Below are positions 61,483 to 64,000 of a DNA stretch of 64,000 nt, piece after piece. The stretch spans positions 72,125,124 to 72,189,123 of the forward strand of contig JASCQW010000043.1 in assembly GCA_030264375.1 (NCBI GenBank), written 5' to 3'. Source of the stretch: Carcharhinus longimanus. Lineage: Eukaryota. Position numbers and translations under genes: made by a program. Positions within the stretch are counted from its first letter, which is position 1, and each line of letters starts with the position of its first letter. Below the pieces are notes generated by a model, which saw nothing but the letters and a program-made list of their open reading frames with translations, ran no database searches and was not told the DNA's origin.

Positions 61483-64000
61483 TGAGATGTACAGGAAAGT
61501 GCTATACTCTCCTGATGGGAGAAGGAGATCAAGCAGGGAAACCAAAGCTGCACGGGTGTAGGTGGCTGATTCTGTCAGTGCCCATGGGGTTCACAAGAGG
61601 TGGGCAACACAATGCTAGAATGCCAGGATAAATTACTTTATTCGCTTTGCCAGAGTAAGTCTCATCGATGGTTGCGCAATTCACACTCCAATATGTCAGA
61701 GTCCAAAGCCCAGTGATAATGGCATGTCCTGTCTCTCAGTCCCACTTCAGTGCATTCAAGCTGCTGTGGAGTCACCACTGTGCCTCATTTACCCTTCAGC
61801 AGACATGAGACACCGTATGGAATGGAGGTTGGGGCTGGGTGAGAGGCAATGGTGGGGATCCAGGGTAGGCGCAGAGGAATGAGCAACCTCTGCAAATCAC
61901 ATGCATGTATGAGCCTTCCCCTTGCATGTGGATGTGCTCAGGCTCTCTGGAGGGAGCTGTTCCACAACCTCTGCCAACATCGCATCAGTAATGACTGCCA
62001 CATAAAAGTGGGCTATCTTACAAGAAGAAGAATGATGAACAAAATGAATTTCAGTGCTCCAATGAATGTGCCATGTAACTCCTCTCAAAAATGGCCTGTT
62101 CTTTGNNNNNNNNNNGTTCCGTCACAAACATGCCAAATGTGAGAAGATGGGTGGGGGGTGAGAGTGACCATTTATCAGGTCTCTGCCTGGATTTGAGGAG
62201 AGGACTTTGAGCTTATGGGATTGGAGTAGGGCAGAGCCATTGGCAACACAGTACTTGGCCTTAGACACCCACCACATAAAGATTCACCCATTCAATGCCA
62301 ACCTGAGGTTGAATATGCCTCCATGTTGGAGCAGCTGATGCTGTCACTTGCACTCTCCTTTCTCACTTTCAGTTCCTCCAGTAAGAGACGAAGGCCTGAG
62401 GAGGAGGAGTAGGAGAACTTCCTATCAGGTCCCAGTCCCAGCCACAACCCAGAGATGAGCAAAGAGGGGGTCACAGCGGTCACTTGCATCCTCGACTGGC
62501 TCAGTAATACAGCTCAGTGGGCATTAGTGTTAGTTCAGGAAAGGTCCCGCAATCTGGTGGTCACTGCATGGACACGTGTCCGCAGCAGGAGGAGGCAGGT
62601 TCAGCTGAGTTCCCTGGGTGTCGGAAGACTGCCAGGGGAAGAAGAATCTGTGAGTTCCCAATCCAATGATGAAGCTCAGGAATCGGCTTCCACACTCATG
62701 GTGGAGAGTCAGCAAGAGTCGGGGTAGTATCGGAAGCCCTCAACAGAGAGGTACGCCAGTTGTAGGAGTCAATCCTGCTCACTGAGGAAATGGTGCCCAT
62801 ATGTGCCAGCCTCATGCTCTCCATGTGGTGAATGGCAAACACCATAGAAACGCTGATCTAGCAGAATGCCAAATTTCTGTTGGAGATGTGCAGACTTGCA
62901 CTCTTCTACTATCGCCATTGGAAAGTTCAGGTAGTGGCAACGTGAGAGGAGAACAGGGCACCTTGACATCCTTCAGGTGCCTGTTACTCTCAAGAGGTCT
63001 GGCCAGTGGCCTAGGTACTTGAAGAGAGGAGAAACAGTAGCTCGACATCCTTGGGTCACCCATTCAGGGCTCAACAAGAGGTTGTCTGCACCCTCCTAAT
63101 CCCCTTGATCTGTGAGCCTTGCAGCCTCACCCGCTGGTCCACTGGTGGGAGGCCAAAATAAGTCAGCACCCTCTAGGCCTCAGCTCTCCAGAGGATAGCT
63201 GTCAAATTCAAAAAAGACAACAGGGCCAACAATTACACTTGGTGTCTACATCCCAGCTGTTGTTGTCATGGCAACACCTAGACAAAGTAGTGGGCCAAGT
63301 AAAATCAAGAAATTCTGATCACAAGTGGTTGCATGGGGGCACTCTGTCACTGTATTATCTGCACATGTATTTACTGTCCCTAAATAATGTTTAATGTTAT
63401 CTTTCAACATCATTATATTGGCTTTGTGCGGTCTCTCCCCCATCCCCTCAACCCTCACGGTTCAGCTGCACACAGCCACACCCCAGGTGATTCTGGAGGG
63501 AGAAGTATCTGTGGAAGGGCCTTTCATAGACTCGTCCAAGTACTTTTCTGCACAAGCGCATCCTCCAACTATCACACTCATGTCCCAAGCTGCTGCTGGG
63601 TTTCTCCTTCAGTTGTCCAGCTGAGCTGACCAACCCTGCCCACTCACTGATTGAACTCCCAATGCGGCACTTGTGAACTTCCAATGTGACACTCATTTTT
63701 GAAGGCAAAGGTCGTTGTCTGCTTTTTCATCAGCCTCGCTCTCATTTTCCCTCCCCACTTACTGTATTCTTTCCTCCATCAATGTGGACACCCCGGCATC
63801 ACCTTCAACCTCCCACCATTACCCTACAGCCTGAACCCTTCTCCTTCAGGAATGTCCAGGTGAATGGGTACCTTTCTGATAATCCCATCCACATTGACCT
63901 CTGTGATCTCCTCCTTCCCATCCGCCGTGTTGACGTTTATCTCCATGTCCTCACCAACCATCCTTGCTGTCCCCTCTATCGATGCATTACATCCTCACCT

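Noticed and set aside
61490-64000. Cluster of short ORFs in moderately GC-rich sequence as a possible nested gene
   Set aside because: No recognisable domain or consistent exon structure; most likely a decayed TE that I cannot classify.

Overview
Eukaryotic (not prokaryotic) genomic DNA. The repeat content (HE1-like tRNA SINEs, Deu-domain SINEs, CR1/L2/Rex1 LINE ends, PIF/Harbinger MITEs, Penelope-type palindromes) points to a cartilaginous fish (shark). The window lies inside one + strand Trk-family neurotrophin receptor gene, closest to TrkB/NTRK2. Eight coding exons (1684-25939, 1040 nt, all GT-AG and phase-compatible) encode the last LRR, LRRCT, Ig1, ligand-binding Ig2, the extracellular juxtamembrane region and the TM helix ending in HSKFGMKG. 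A >38 kb intron follows, in which I found no juxtamembrane/kinase exon. Main leads: (1) the receptor differs markedly from canonical TrkB and may be a separate (fourth) Trk paralog; (2) a candidate novel truncated terminal exon (GRQRHIVEW*) with a poly(A) signal at about 45.6-46.0 kb; (3) Penelope-type palindromes carrying minimal hammerhead-ribozyme motifs with a covarying stem II; (4) decayed Harbinger transposase and Myb/SANT genes with many MITEs. Nearly all supplied ORFs are spurious or TE-derived. Family and homolog comparisons are from memory, not database searches.
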